From contig JAUCBJ010005499.1 in NCBI GenBank assembly GCA_032718475.1, positions 1 through 42,639 on the forward strand: a DNA stretch of 42,639 nucleotides, written 5' to 3'. Positions 24,226-36,494 of this stretch are shown here, piece by piece. Within the stretch, counting starts at the first letter, position 1. Every line of letters begins with the position of its first letter. A program made the translations under genes and the position numbers. This stretch comes from Nemertoderma westbladi (lineage: Eukaryota; Animalia; Xenacoelomorpha). The notes below the pieces were generated by a model. That model was not told where the DNA came from. It saw only the letters and a program-made list of their open reading frames with translations, and did no database searches.

Positions 24226-24524
24226 ATTAAAGTGTACTAAAACTGTAATATGGGTTTGTTGTACCTTGTACGGTACCGGTAAATTTCGTAGGAGCAATCC
24301 TGCAATCGAATAGCAGAATAGGCCTATCAGTAACTGAATAAACAAATAAAATACCTCATACAGACAGTACAGACCTGACAGCCTGAGCTATGAGGCTATG
24401 ACATGTATGAAGTACAGGTAGCCTATTGTTTATCATAGACCAGTAGGCCTAGACTGCTAGACCACACAAGTATTGCAGTACCGGTACCTACTGCAGTAGG
24501 CTACGCGGTAATAAAAAAGGTGTC

Positions 24525-24628
24525 GTCGCGTTTCGTCAACTGTCGCGTTTCGGCAACAGTCGCGTTACGGCAAAAAAGTTGCGTTTCGGCAAAAAAAGAT
24601 GCGTTCCGGCAAAAAAGATGCGTTTCGG
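24525..24628. repeat. Short degenerate tandem repeat, 6 copies of a GCGTTTCGGCAA-like motif
   Basis: TCGCGTTTCGTCAA, TCGCGTTTCGGCAA, TCGCGTTACGGCAA, TTGCGTTTCGGCAA, ATGCGTTCCGGCAA, ATGCGTTTCGG at roughly 19-21 bp spacing. Confidence 0.85.
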
Positions 24629-24834
24629 GGAAGTGTACAAAGCCTACTGAACTGTGCTAGAAGCTGAGAAGTGTCTTGACTCTGTGTACTGCTGTTTACT
24701 GTACTAATAACCTACTAATATCCGAATAGGCCTATATAATTATATATAGACATAATTATATATACAGACTGACCGAGAGGTCATGAAACTTACGTACAAA
24801 AATAGGAGGATAAAAAATAAATAAAATAAATATA

Positions 24835-25527
24835 TATGAAGGCTGTTAAAGCTCTTTTAGATGTCCGTTTAAGCACCGCAATTGATCTTTGATTGATAGA
24901 ATTTGTGTGCCAAACCAGCCGCTGAAATAGTAGTGCGTGCACAGGAAAAATTTGTCGAAAAATATTTAGCTGTTAAATGATGATTCGCTACCAAAGTATT
25001 TCGGTTGTGCAGTAGGCCAACATTTAGTAGCCCTGGTTTTAATATTTTAAATAGGAGTTTAGAGCGAAATATTGATTTAATTTCTATTAACGCAGTAAAA
25101 GCACGCGTACTTAATAAACCAGTAGATCACTAGATAGGACGAAATTCCAAAGTTATAAGAATGTAATTAATTAATTGCGATTTGTCTGTTCATTCAGTTT
25201 ATCGAAGTAGTAGTAGGCCTAGTATTAAAACGTTAGTACAGGATTTTAGACTGAGGCTCATGTCATATCACATAATTTGCGAAGTGAAAGAGGGAGATGG
25301 AGAAGGACGCCCCCATCCGAGCAAGTTTGCACTTGTGATAATGTAGCTGCTCAGGATGAGAAACACGTTATTGTAGAATGCCTGCTTACTCGGGACCTAA
25401 GGATGCGGTACATCGCAATCGCACCAAACAATTTTTCTTGTATTCAATTTTAATAGTATGTGTATTGCTTTTGGTTTGATGGAGGAGGAGGATATTAATA
25501 AATAGATTCAATTCAATTCAATTCAAT
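24835..25527 (+). mobile_element. 5'-truncated, decayed LINE 3' end (RTEX-like) with CCHC knuckle
   Basis: Manual translation: AVKALLDVRLSTAIDL*LIE ... RLRLMS/HNLRSERGRWRRTPPSEQVCTCDNVAAQDEKHVIVECLLTRDLRMRY; ends AATAAA followed by an (ATTCA)4 tail. Confidence 0.75.
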
Positions 25528-25850
25528 ATGTACATAACTCTTAACCTTTTTATAGTCTTCTTACTTTTTAACTTAAAAACCTTTTCTAACCTTAATTAAA
25601 ACTTTTTATCACCATCTAATTATACAATTTATATACCTCATTAATATTTAATATCTTATAACTAATAGACAAACTGTATTTATTTATATTGATCCAATAT
25701 ACTCGACGTTTTTAAAAATCTACATTTCAATAGTTTTTACTCGCAGATTTACTGTTGTTACTCAATTCAATTTTTAATTTTAATCAAATAATGAAATATA
25801 AGTTTTAAAAATTCTACCGATAATTAAATCAAGTTTTTAATATGGGGCGC

Positions 25851-26671
25851 CGTTCTGGTCAAATGCACATGCCATTCTCGCTGCGAGAATCTCGTTGCGA
25901 GAATACATTCTCGCAGCGAGATTGACTTCTCGCACCGAGAATGTGTTCTCGCTGCGAGAATCTCGCAGCGCGATGTCATTCTCGCAGCGAGATGTCATTC
26001 TCGCAGCGAGATGTCATTCCCGCAGCGAGACGTCATTCTTGCAGCGAGATGTCATTCTCGCAGCGAGATGTCATTCTCGCAGCGAGATGTCATTCCCGCA
26101 GCGAGACGTCATTCTTGCAGCGAGATGTCATTCTCGCAGCGAGATGTCATTCTCGCAGCGAGATGTCATTCTCGCAGCGAGATGTCATTCTCGCAGCGAG
26201 ATGTCATTCTCGCAGCGAGATGTCATTCCCGCAGCGAGATGTCATTCCCACAGCGAGACGTCATTCTCGCAGCGAGATGTCATTCTCGCAACGAGATAGG
26301 ACATCGAATTAAGTTGAATAATAAAAACCCCATCGAATTTGGACCAAGTATTCCGGAGTTATAGCGGATCTAAAATAAAATTACCACCCCCCCCCCCCCC
26401 CCAAGTTTTTTTGCATTAACAATTTTTTGCCTTATTTTTGATATGGAATCGATTGGTAGTACTGGCTACGAAATTTTTTTTTAATTTTTGGTCAGAAAAA
26501 ACATGGAAAATTATCTTCTCAATTCGACCCACTACTGCATAACTAAAAAACCATTCAGGTGGTCAGAATTTCCCATGAACCTACTGTAATAGACATCTCG
26601 CCGCGAGAATAACATCTCGTCGCGAGAATGAAATCTCGCTGCGAGAATGACATGTGCATTTGAACAGAACG
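25851..26671. mobile_element. Foldback/MITE-like element with ~38-bp TIRs and 19-bp palindromic subterminal repeats
   Basis: Left CGTTCTGGTCAAATGCACATGCCATTCTCGC, right GCGAGAATGACATGTGCATTTGAACAGAACG (reverse complement, 2 mismatches). No clear TSD. Confidence 0.8.
25872..26297. repeat. 19-bp tandem repeat x~22
   Basis: GTCATTCTCGCAGCGAGAT; three inverted copies at ~26593-26650. Confidence 0.95.
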
Positions 26672-27624
26672 AACCTTAATTTTATTTCATGTTCAAGTTT
26701 GTCTAAATTAAGATATTCTTAAGCTCTATGCCCTACACCCATAATTTTAATTACTATACTGTAAATACACAAGTGAGAAATATTTTATAGTGTTTTAAGT
26801 TTGATTTTATGCTACCGCTACATACCATACTTTCACTTTTACTTTTACGTACACTCTTATCAACATTAATTAGTAGTGCTAGGTAGTAAGTAGTAGGTAG
26901 GTATTTAGTTTGTTTCATATTTTGAAAGTTGTTTTATATTATGTCTGCACAGGTGCAATACATGTAGACTTCTGCTTTCTTCGCCTCAATATTAAACATT
27001 AATATCCATAAATTATTTATTTACTTATAATATTTGTAATATATTTTCGAATAAATTATGTACAGTAAACCTATTAAAACCGTAACTTAGCGGTTGATAA
27101 TTTTACAGTTTTTGACTCATGTTAGTCATCGTTGTTATGGTTAAATGCGTTTGCATTACTACAGTATCTCTCCTGAGGTCGTGATTTCCAGCACCACAAG
27201 AAGGGCGACGAGGAGTTTTCGTTTCCACATAAATGATTTTAAGGGACTAGCTAAGGAGCATCTCTGCCTTCCATTCTTAAATGGTCACAAAATGAGTACC
27301 AGTTCACGTTGGCTATACCAAATATGCCCATTCTAACACCCTTGAGTAACCTGGTAAGTTTAGCAGCTCCTGTGGTAGCAGCAAATGTCTAGTTGAATTG
27401 AGACGATGTCTCTATAATAGTACAGGTAATGTTCGGTTTTCGTACCGGTAAGACACAGTAACTTCTTGGAAGCGTGCGGGAATACAAATTAGGCAGAGCG
27501 CTGCATCCGTGTAGTAGGCATTATCCAAGGATTCACACTGTAGTACAGTACATGACCTGCTGTTACAATAACCGATGCAACAATGACACATACAACACGT
27601 TCGTGGGGCGTTGCGCAGCACGCG

Positions 27625-27870
27625 AACTTAAGTAAGTTCGAAATAAGTTATATTTCATCTGGAGTCAAAAGTTCGAGATGTATTTGCCCGTAACTTTTAA
27701 AAATGGTAGGTCCTACCAATTATGGTATTAATTATGGTGTTACCAATACCAATTATTTAGTATGCCCATACAAAATTTGGTTGTTAATGGTTAAAATCTT
27801 CAAAAGTTACTTACGAATGAATTTTTCATTTCAGACGGACAGACAGACGGAAATGAAATTTTGTCCTATT
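27625..27870. mobile_element. Possible DINE-1/HINE-like (Helentron-associated) remnant
   Basis: CAGACGGACAGACAGACGGA microsatellite after AAAATTTGGTTG...AAAAGTTA; a similar style segment (CCAAACTTGGTAC ... CCGTCTGTCTGTC) lies at ~30105-30190. Pattern recognition only. Confidence 0.35.
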
Positions 27871-28138
27871 TACTAATTATAATTGTGCACTAAGGCTCGC
27901 GCTGACTGCGTGACTCGCCCCCCGCCCCCCCCCCCCCCCCCCATAATAATTGGCTCTACTGCTGCTGCTAGGAAGAACTTCGGTGGGTTGTAGGGATGCA
28001 CTCGTGACACTGACAACATTAGGTAAAATTTACACTCTGCTCTGGGAGTGGAATTTGACGCAAAAACCATAATGAAATTACGAGCAACAGTTACACTAGG
28101 CCTGCAGTATTTTCGATAGAATATCATTCTAACTGGGG

Positions 28139-29807
28139 GGGAAGGGACAGCGGTACACCGTTGAGTGTGACCGACACAGCTGTATACAAGCTAAGGGACA
28201 GCGGTACACCGTTGAGTGTGACCGACACAGCTGTATACAAGGAAGGGACAGCGGTACACCGTTGAGTGTGACCGACACAGCGCTGTATACAAGCTAAGGG
28301 ACAGCGGTACACCGTTGAGTGTGACCGACACAGCTGTATACAAGGAAGGGACAGCGGTACACCGTTGAGTGTGACCGACACAGCTGTATACAAGGAAGGG
28401 ACAGCGGTACACCGTTGAGTGTGACCGACACAGCAGTATACAGCGGTACACCGTTGAGTGTGACCGACACAGCTGTATACAAGGAAGGGACAGCGGTACA
28501 CCGTTGAGTGTGACCGACACAGCTGTATACAGCGGTACACCGTTGAGTGTGCCGACACAGCTGTATACAAGGAAGGGACAGCGGTACACCGTTGAGTGTG
28601 ACCGACACAGCTGTATACAGCGGTACACCGTTGAGTGTGACCGACACAGCTGTATACAAGGAAGGGACAGCGGTACACCGTTGAGTGTGACCGACACAGC
28701 TGTATACAAGGAAGGGACAGCGGTACACCGTTGAGTGTGACCGACACAGCTGTATACAAGGAAGGGACAGCGGTACACCGTTGAGTGTGACCGACACAGC
28801 TGTATACAAGGAAGGGACAGCGGTACACCGTTGAGTGTGACCGACACAGCTGTATACAAGGAAGGGACAGCGGTACACCGTTGAGTGTGACCGACACAGC
28901 TGTATACAAGGAAGGGACAGCGGTACACCGTTGAGTGTGACCGACACAGCTGTATACAAGGGAAGGGACAGCGGTACACCGTTGAGTGTGACCGACACAG
29001 CTGTATACAAGGAAGGGACAGCGGTACACCGTTGAGTGTGACCGACACAGCTGTATACAAGGAAGGGACAGCGGTACACCGTTGAGTGTGACCGACACAG
29101 CTGTATACAAGGAAGGGACAGCGGTACACCGTTGAGTGTGACCGACACAGCTGTATACAAGGAAGGGACAGCGGTACACCGTTGAGTGTGACCGACACAG
29201 CTGTATACAAGGGAAGGGACAGCGGTACACCGTTGAGTGTGACCGACACAGCTGTATACAAGGAAGGGACAGCGGTACACCGTTGAGTGTGACCGACACA
29301 GCTGTATACAAGGAAGGGACAGCGGTACACCGTTGAGTGTGACCGACACAGCTGTATACAAGGAAGGGACAGCGGTACACCGTTGAGTGTGACCGACACA
29401 GCTGTATACGAGGAAGGGACAGCGGTACACCGTTGAGTGTGACCGACACAGCTGTATACAAGGGAAGGGACAGCGGTACACCGTTGAGTGTGACCGACAC
29501 AGCTGTATACAAGGAAGGGACAGCGGTACACCGTTGAGTGTGACCGACACAGCTGTATACAAGGAAGGGACAGCGGTACACCGTTGAGTGTGACCGACAC
29601 AGCTGTATACAAGGAAGGGACAGCGGTACACCGTTGAGTGTGACCGACACAGCTGTATACAAGGAAGGGACAGCGGTACACCGTTGAGTGTGACCGACAC
29701 AGCTGTATACAAGGAAGGGACAGCGGTACACCGTTGAGTGTGACCGACACAGCTGTATACAAGGAAGGGACAGCGGTACACCGTTGAGTGTGACCGACAC
29801 AGCTGTA
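28139..29807. repeat. Satellite array, 50-bp unit x~34 (with 39-bp deletion variants)
   Basis: CAGCGGTACACCGTTGAGTGTGACCGACACAGCTGTATACAAGGAAGGGA; no stops on the minus strand, hence three overlapping spurious ORFs. Confidence 0.98.
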
Positions 29808-32521
29808 TTTGCGCTTAGTTTGCGCGGTAAATGATTTTGATTACCGTGTAGTTGTGCGGTACACTGTGCTGTTTACCACAGCCTATTGAAATAATGTTAA
29901 TAAAATGATTGTCTAGACTGTTGAATTAACTGTGGCTACCAGTTACAGCAACGGCACCGCAACGGAACTGCAAAGTGTGAACGGGATCCGGGTAGTGTGG
30001 GGCGAGCCACGAAGTGAGCGAAACCTTCGCATAGGGGTACCATTAACGAGTTGTCTATGGTCGTCGTCGTCTAATTTTTCCTTGATGAAATCCTTGATGA
30101 AATTAACCCAAACTTGGTACGTATGTAGTCCGTGAAAAGTGAAGAATGAATCTGAAGTTTGTTCAAAAATCAGACCGTCTGTCTGTCGATACCGGTAGTT
30201 TCAGACCTGTCGGCCAATCATTTACGCAAAACTAACCATTGGGTCCAAACTACTTGTCAACGTTGTAGTTTACCACTCACGCACCGGTGGGTGTGAACGG
30301 GCCTTCAAACAGTACCGTAAGGTCAATTATTTGTAAAATAATAATTAAATAATGGTTATTATTAATTAATTAATTTTTAAATTAAGATTTTAATTAATTT
30401 TAATCTAATAATAATATATTATTATTATTATAACGTTACGTAATTTACATGATTAATAACTATAACTAAATTATTGTTATACATCTCGCAAACTTTTCAA
30501 TTTATTGAACAAATGCATCGATAATAACAATGTTTTCCAATTTAATACATTTATATTAATTTATGTATGATTACAAATTTAAGCCTAATAATAATTATAC
30601 CAATTAAATAATTAATCACGCAAGTACGACATAATTCATTAATATTTAATTAAAGGCATTACTAAACACAGTTTCACAAAAATACCCACTAAACTGTTTT
30701 GCTGATAATGTTGAATAGCCTATAAAAAAAACAGACTAATGTAGATTAAATAACATCTGCAACTTTTAACAACAAAACAAACCTAGGCCTACTTTAAAAA
30801 ATGACATTAACGAAAGTTTATAAAATCACTAACTTCTACATAGTTAGAACTTTACGTAAAACTAATATTATTACGGACACTACTGTGTAAGGGTTTTACA
30901 AATATATTATAATACTGTTTAGAAATTCTAGGCAATGTCGGAATTTAAGCACTATAGCAAAATAATACATCTTGTACGTGTACAATAATTATACTTGAAA
31001 TCATGGTAAAACATACATTAATTATGTACAGCCTACATAATAATACAGCTAAAATAATATTGTTTCTAAAAAGTATAATAATTATGCATTGTAACCGGAT
31101 ATGAACCATAAACGCGCTTTAGTACAGCCGTCGTAAGTAAGTTAAGGACTAGACTGGGATCACCATGAGATATAATAGTGGAACCCTTAATAATTTATAC
31201 CCATAATGTGTAAATAAATAGCACAACAGCTGAATTATTCCGGGAAAAACTTAAAGGTAAAACAGTGAAATTATTGGAGCAAAATTTATTGATGATCTCA
31301 AGTTTTTTAATGTCGATTATGTCAGTACTTTGTATTTCTGGCAATATGCAATATCAATAATACCACAAGGCGAAGCATAGCGAATGGAGTTAAAATATTG
31401 TTGAAATATTGTCACAGATGGTAAATAAGTATTATGTTTACAATTATTTATAACATTATGACCTCAACGCGAGTCCACATGAAGTATACATATCATAATT
31501 AATTACACTACTACTACAAATATATATTACGCTAAAACTACATAAATGTATGTTTAAAACACAGACACGGACACCAATATAATAATTGTTACTATGTAAT
31601 AATACATTACACAATGTAGGCACTGTTTAAAAACTATTAAAATAAAATACAATTTACAAGAATCAGCAATATGCAGGTAGAAAAATTATTTCAAGATACA
31701 ATTTTAAGTTTAACTTCCAACAACAAAGATAACGATAAGACGATAAAATAAAACGATAAGATATAGCTGTTGAGATCCGTTTATAAGGTCTGTGATTAAT
31801 TAATTAGTTATTTAAAAAAAAATTAATTAATTGAAGATGAAGGAATAATAAGCACCACAATCTACTTTAATCAAATGCCCTCTTGTTAATATAATGGGTC
31901 TGTATTTATAGGGACCCAATGACCGTCTACCTAGCATATTCCATGGGCTGTCGGTATTTAAAGCATGATCGAACCAGAAACAAAGAATAAGAGTAAGATA
32001 ACCACCTGAGGTTTCACCTTCAAACTTCAATTAAAATTAATTTTAAAAATATAATATTACATAAGTACTCAATTATTTTACAACTAAGGTTATAAAGTAA
32101 ACAGTAAATTACATAAATATAAAATACAGTAACCACAGGCGATTACACAGTTTGTTAAAATGAAGTTATTTACAATTTACAATAAAACACAGACCCCAAT
32201 AAGTTATCGGAGATTATTGCGTTATGTTTATTTGGCACATCCAATCAAAATGTAATATATATAACGGCTGCTTCGGGATTGGTCAGCGAGGTTGCTTGGA
32301 AACAGAAAACCAATCATGCTGACAGTGTCTTCAGAAAGTTAACTTATCACAACACGAAGCAGTGCCTATCAGTCTGTAAAGGCTCTGGATTAATTCGAAA
32401 AGGCTCTGAAATATTTGATCGCAAAGGGCACTGGGATGTTTGGCAGGATATACCGTTGCTGCTATAAGGCGCTGAATGGTAAACTGCGAAATAACGTCAC
32501 AAAAATAATGAAAACACAGTT

Positions 32522-33052
32522 TTATATTCGCGTTTCGCTGAATGTTCTAGTCCGCCCCGGTCCCTCAGCAGTCCTGGGCCGTGGGAGAGTTGGTATTTTC
32601 TTATAATTTGGCATCATCGAGTTCGATGTCTGAGAGAAAGGCGTCAAGTAACCGCTGTTCGGGTAGATGGGAGAGGATGGTGGGGAGTAGGACTGGTAGG
32701 TAGGAGTGGTTGGGTGTGGGAAGAAGGGGTAAGTCGGTGTGGTTGGGTGGGAGAAGGCGGGGTAGGTGGGGGTATTGGGGGGAGAGTAGGAGGGGTTTCT
32801 CGAGGCGACGTGTGACGGGGTTACGGGAGGCGAATACGAAGCGGCGACCTGCGCACCGCCCCAGTCGGACTGGTAGCAGGCCATCCCGGCAGTGAGACCG
32901 GTGGTCTCGGAGACCCCGAGCTCGTCCCCCTGACTGCCGAACCGAGCCGAGGAACTCGGGTACAGAACCGACTCTAGAATGTCGGCGGACGATCGCTGCG
33001 GACTCTCCACTAACATCGGCGTCTCGCAGGCTTTGTTCAGATCGAGGTACAA
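32522..33052 (-). CDS. Terminal coding exon (176 codons) of a probable FGFR/RET-type receptor tyrosine kinase
   Basis: Strong acceptor CTTTCTATTTTTCGCAG immediately before TTG TAC CTC GAT CTG (LYLDL); xYLDL...TP matches the post-kinase PLC-gamma-binding tyrosine motif of FGFR/RET; GC-rich open frame ending ETRI-stop, followed by long AT-rich UTR-like DNA. The exon is well supported; gene identity rests on one short motif. Confidence 0.6.
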   Translation of the reverse strand: MYLDLNKACETPMLVESPQRSSADILESVLYPSSSARFGSQGDELGVSETTGLTAGMACYQSDWGGAQVAASYSPPVTPSHVASRNPSYSPPNTPTYPAFSHPTTPTYPFFPHPTTPTYQSYSPPSSPIYPNSGYLTPFSQTSNSMMPNYKKIPTLPRPRTAEGPGRTRTFSETRI

Positions 33053-33102
33053 CTGCGAAAAATAGAAAGAAAATCTATAATTTATTTCCCAAGCGTAAAA
33101 AT

Positions 33103-34074
33103 ATACCGTTATGTTTTATACTAACCTATATAATGTTATAATTTTCATTAAACTTTCATTATTATGTTACATAGCATCTTAGATAATGTAACAACTTACA
33201 TAGTTATGTTTTATAGCATCTTATATAATGTAACAACTTACATAGTTATGTAATATAGTAACTTATATAATGTAACAACTTACATCGTTATGTTATATAG
33301 TAACTTTGTACTTTGGCAGCCTCATGGAGTGAATAAGCATGGTGGACAGCCCATGACTTTCTTGAGACGCATCTTAAAGGACACTGGCCTTAAAGATGCG
33401 GATGATCTAGCAAATGTCATGGGTGATAGGGAGTTGTGGCGGTGCAATTTTGTTGACAAGCCGGCACAGCATTCTTAAAAATGCAGCTGCAATGCAGCAT
33501 GCCGATCCTAGTAGTATATAGTAACTTATATAATGTAGCAACTTATATCGTTATGTTTTATAGTAACTTATATAATGTAACAACTTACATCGTTATGATA
33601 TATAGTAACTTATATAATGTAACAACTTACATCGTTATGTTATATAGTAACTTATATAATGTAACAACTTACATCGTTAAGTTATATAGTAACTTATATA
33701 ATGTAGCAACTTACATAGTTATATTATTGTGTAACTTATATAATGTAACAACTTACATAGTTATATTATATAGTAACTTATATAATGTAACAACTTACAT
33801 CGTTATGTTATATAGTAACTTATATAATGTAACAACTTACATAGTTATGTAATATAGTAACTTATATAATGTAGCAACTTACATCGTTATGATATATAGT
33901 AACTTATATAATGTAGCAACTTACATAGTTATGTTATATAGTAACTTATATAATGTAACAACTTACATCGTTATGTTATATAGTAACTTATATAATTTAA
34001 CAACTTACATCGTTAAGTTATATAGTAACTTATATAATGTAGCAACTTACATAGTTATATTATTGAGTAACTTA
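33103..34074. repeat. 42-bp AT-rich satellite, proximal block
   Basis: TATAGTAACTTATATAATGTAACAACTTACATCGTTATGTTA; degenerate at the left edge, about 50 bp from the splice acceptor at 33053. Confidence 0.95.
33307..33514 (+). mobile_element. 5'-truncated RTE LINE insertion (~208 bp) within the satellite
   Basis: Near-identical to ~1352-1560 including the TAGTAG tail; flanked by TATATAGTAACTT at 33294-33306 and 33515-33527 (13-bp TSD). Confidence 0.9.
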
Positions 34075-34076
34075 TA

Positions 34077-36420
34077 CACCATGTCCCACATATAGTGTCA
34101 TTTTCAGATGACACGGACCCCCCCGCCCCCCAGATTTTTCTACAAATCTTTATCATATTGCTTGAAATTTGAAACACAACTAGTTCCACTCACCGTCGAT
34201 GACCCCATGAAGCCGCAATTTTCGATTTTGCCTTTAAATTTTTTTATAAGCGTTTTAAAAAAGTGTCTTTTGCGAAATCGCACCCTCTGTATCATAGCCA
34301 TTATTCACATTAGTCGTAATTTTTTCATATCATTAAAAAGCTTGCGTTGCAAGGATTTAAATATGTAACAATATCTGAATTTCGTTGAGAAACAGCTGAG
34401 ATATAGGCGTTCAAAGATTGCAAGAATTATCGTTCGCTGCAGGCCATTTATTCTATTTAATAAATACACAAAATTCTAGAATGTGTTATTTATTTTATAA
34501 GTTGGTGAATCGCAACTTCTTACTTCCCCGAACCTGGCAAATTTATATTAGTTGTACGTGAGGAATAGGTCCAGGAAGCCAGAGAACGATTCGTGACACT
34601 AGGATTGAAAGAGGAGAATATAGTTGCAGGCTGGCGGTTCCTTGGGGGGTTCGTGGGCGCAGATTCCGAACGCTTCTCCTACTTGGAGGAGAAGGTAAAG
34701 CAATGGGTGTCACATATCGAGATCCTGGCAGATGCGGCAAAGGTTTATCCACAAGAGTCCCTAGCGGCCTTAACAAAATCGTTACAAGCTGAATGGGATT
34801 TCTCAATGAGGGTTTTCGATGTAGATCTGGACACCTACCAACCCCTACGTAATGCCCTGCTATCTCGATTCTTGCCCGCCCTTTTCGGAGTTCCTGTACC
34901 GCATACAGACCATGAGCTGCTTCTTCAGCCTGTCCTTCATGGGGGGCTGGGGCTAAGAGACCCGATTCGACGGGCAGCGACAGCGTTCCAGACATCTAAG
35001 GAGGGGACGGCCGCCGTTGCCTCTGCACTTCGGGAGGACTCTCCCTTGTCAATCGCAGAATATGTCTCTGAAATACAGGATGTCACCCGCCGGAATCGCA
35101 AATTAGAGGACGAGAGGGCTGCAGAGGTGCGGACTCGGGTGCTGGAGCGGATGAATCCAGAGAGACAGCGCAAGGTAAGGAGACAACTGGAGTCAAAAAC
35201 AACGGCTTGGCTAAGTGTGACGCCATCCAAGGTCCACAGACTGACCTGTCGGCTGAGACCTTTAGAGACGCGTTATGTCTCCGCTACGGATACACCCCTC
35301 CACTCCTCCCATCCCATTGCGATGGCTGCGGTGCCGAGTTTACAGTGGAACACGCCCTCAATTGCCGTAAGGGTGGACTCGTCATTCGTCGGCACGACGA
35401 GATGAGGGATGTGGTAGGCGAGCTGTGTGCGAAGGTATGGGGGGAGAGCGCTGTTAGGCGAGAGGTAATGTTGTGAGAGGGGCAGTACTTGGGTGAGGCA
35501 GGGGTCAGAACTGACCTAGTTGTCCGTGGTGTGTGGGAGCCGCAGATGGAGGCGTCGTTTGACATATGCGTTGTAAACGCTGACGCTCCCTCCTACCGCA
35601 ACCGCTCCACGGACAATATATTGCGGGCGAAAGAGAGTTCGAAGAAGCACCACCACAGCCAAATCTCTGAGCAGCTTCGACTCACCTTCACTCCGCTCGC
35701 GGTCACTGCTGACGGAGTCTGGTGGAAGGAAGCCTCCCACTTCCTGCACCACCTTGCGACACACCTCTCCTGTAAGGAGGGGTGGAAGGAGAAGCCTAGT
35801 GGTTCGGTATTGGGGTGGGTGAGGGCGCGGCTTTCTATCGCCTTGGTCCGGGCAGTGGGTCTTTGTTTGAGGGGTGGGCGGAGGTCGTGGCGGCCAATAG
35901 GGCTTGACGATGGCGCAGGGATGTGGGCGGTGCGTTAGAAGAGGGAGAATTCAGCGAGGCTCTTGAGGATCTCGCTGCTCTGGATAAGTATTACGAGGAG
36001 GTTGGAGTTGATAGTGGTGAAGCCGAAGATGAGGAGGGAGAGGAGGAATATTAGATGTACACTTTACAAACTCTATTCATTCAGCCGTCACTACTAGAAA
36101 TATGCAACTCTTGGGTGTTTATATTAATTTTAATTCCTTTTATATTAATTGTGATAATGTCAACTTATTTAACAAAATATTTGAAACATACATACGTTAT
36201 ATAACATAATAATATCAGTTCATTTTATAAGTTGGTTGGCAACAGCGGTATTCCTATCCAATATATCTATTGCGTAGCTATTCATACTTAAACAAAATAT
36301 TCCAGAATATTGTGTATTTATTTAATAGAATAAATGGCCTTCAGCGAACGATAATTCTTGCAATCTTTGAACGCTTATATCTCAGCTGTTTCTCAATGAA
36401 ATTCAGATATTGTTACATAT
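34077..36420. mobile_element. Long-TIR non-autonomous element (Tc1/mariner-like), right end truncated, hosting a retrotransposon
   Basis: Begins TA|CACCATGTCCCACA inside the satellite; 34362-34481 and 36299-36420 form a ~120-bp inverted repeat with few mismatches; the counterpart of 34077-34361 is missing on the right. Confidence 0.7.
34521..35938 (+). pseudogene. 5'-truncated CRE-clade non-LTR retrotransposon ORF (RT thumb, zinc knuckle, restriction-like endonuclease)
   Basis: YFPEPGKFILVV, GWRFLGGFVG, PQESLAALTKSLQAEW, GGLGL, AWL, FRDALCLRYG, CDGC..HALNC.KGG....RHDE, RTDLVVRG...FD..V..DA.SY...E..K, FTPL. Disabled by TAG at 34566-34568, a frameshift near 35235 and TGA at 35474-35476. Confidence 0.88.
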
Positions 36421-36494
36421 TATTAATGATATTAAATGGTTATGATTGACATGGTTATGGTCATGTCCATGGTTACATGGACTGGACATGACCT

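Noticed and set aside
24226-24345. Signal-peptide-like N-terminal extension of RMC1
   Set aside because: Starts at TTG, lies upstream of the conserved N-terminus and spans a likely splice acceptor.
28124-29800. Three overlapping ~500-aa Cys-rich ORFs
   Set aside because: A 50-bp unit without minus-strand stops cycles through all frames; indel variants do not preserve any one frame.
32650-32850. RNA polymerase II largest subunit CTD
   Set aside because: Repeats are few, 9-11 aa long rather than YSPTSPS heptads, and the flanking sequence does not resemble RPB1.
34542-34555. TTTATATTAGTTGT as TSD partner of ~36138-36152
   Set aside because: It lies within the CRE coding frame (KFILVV), so it is part of the element.
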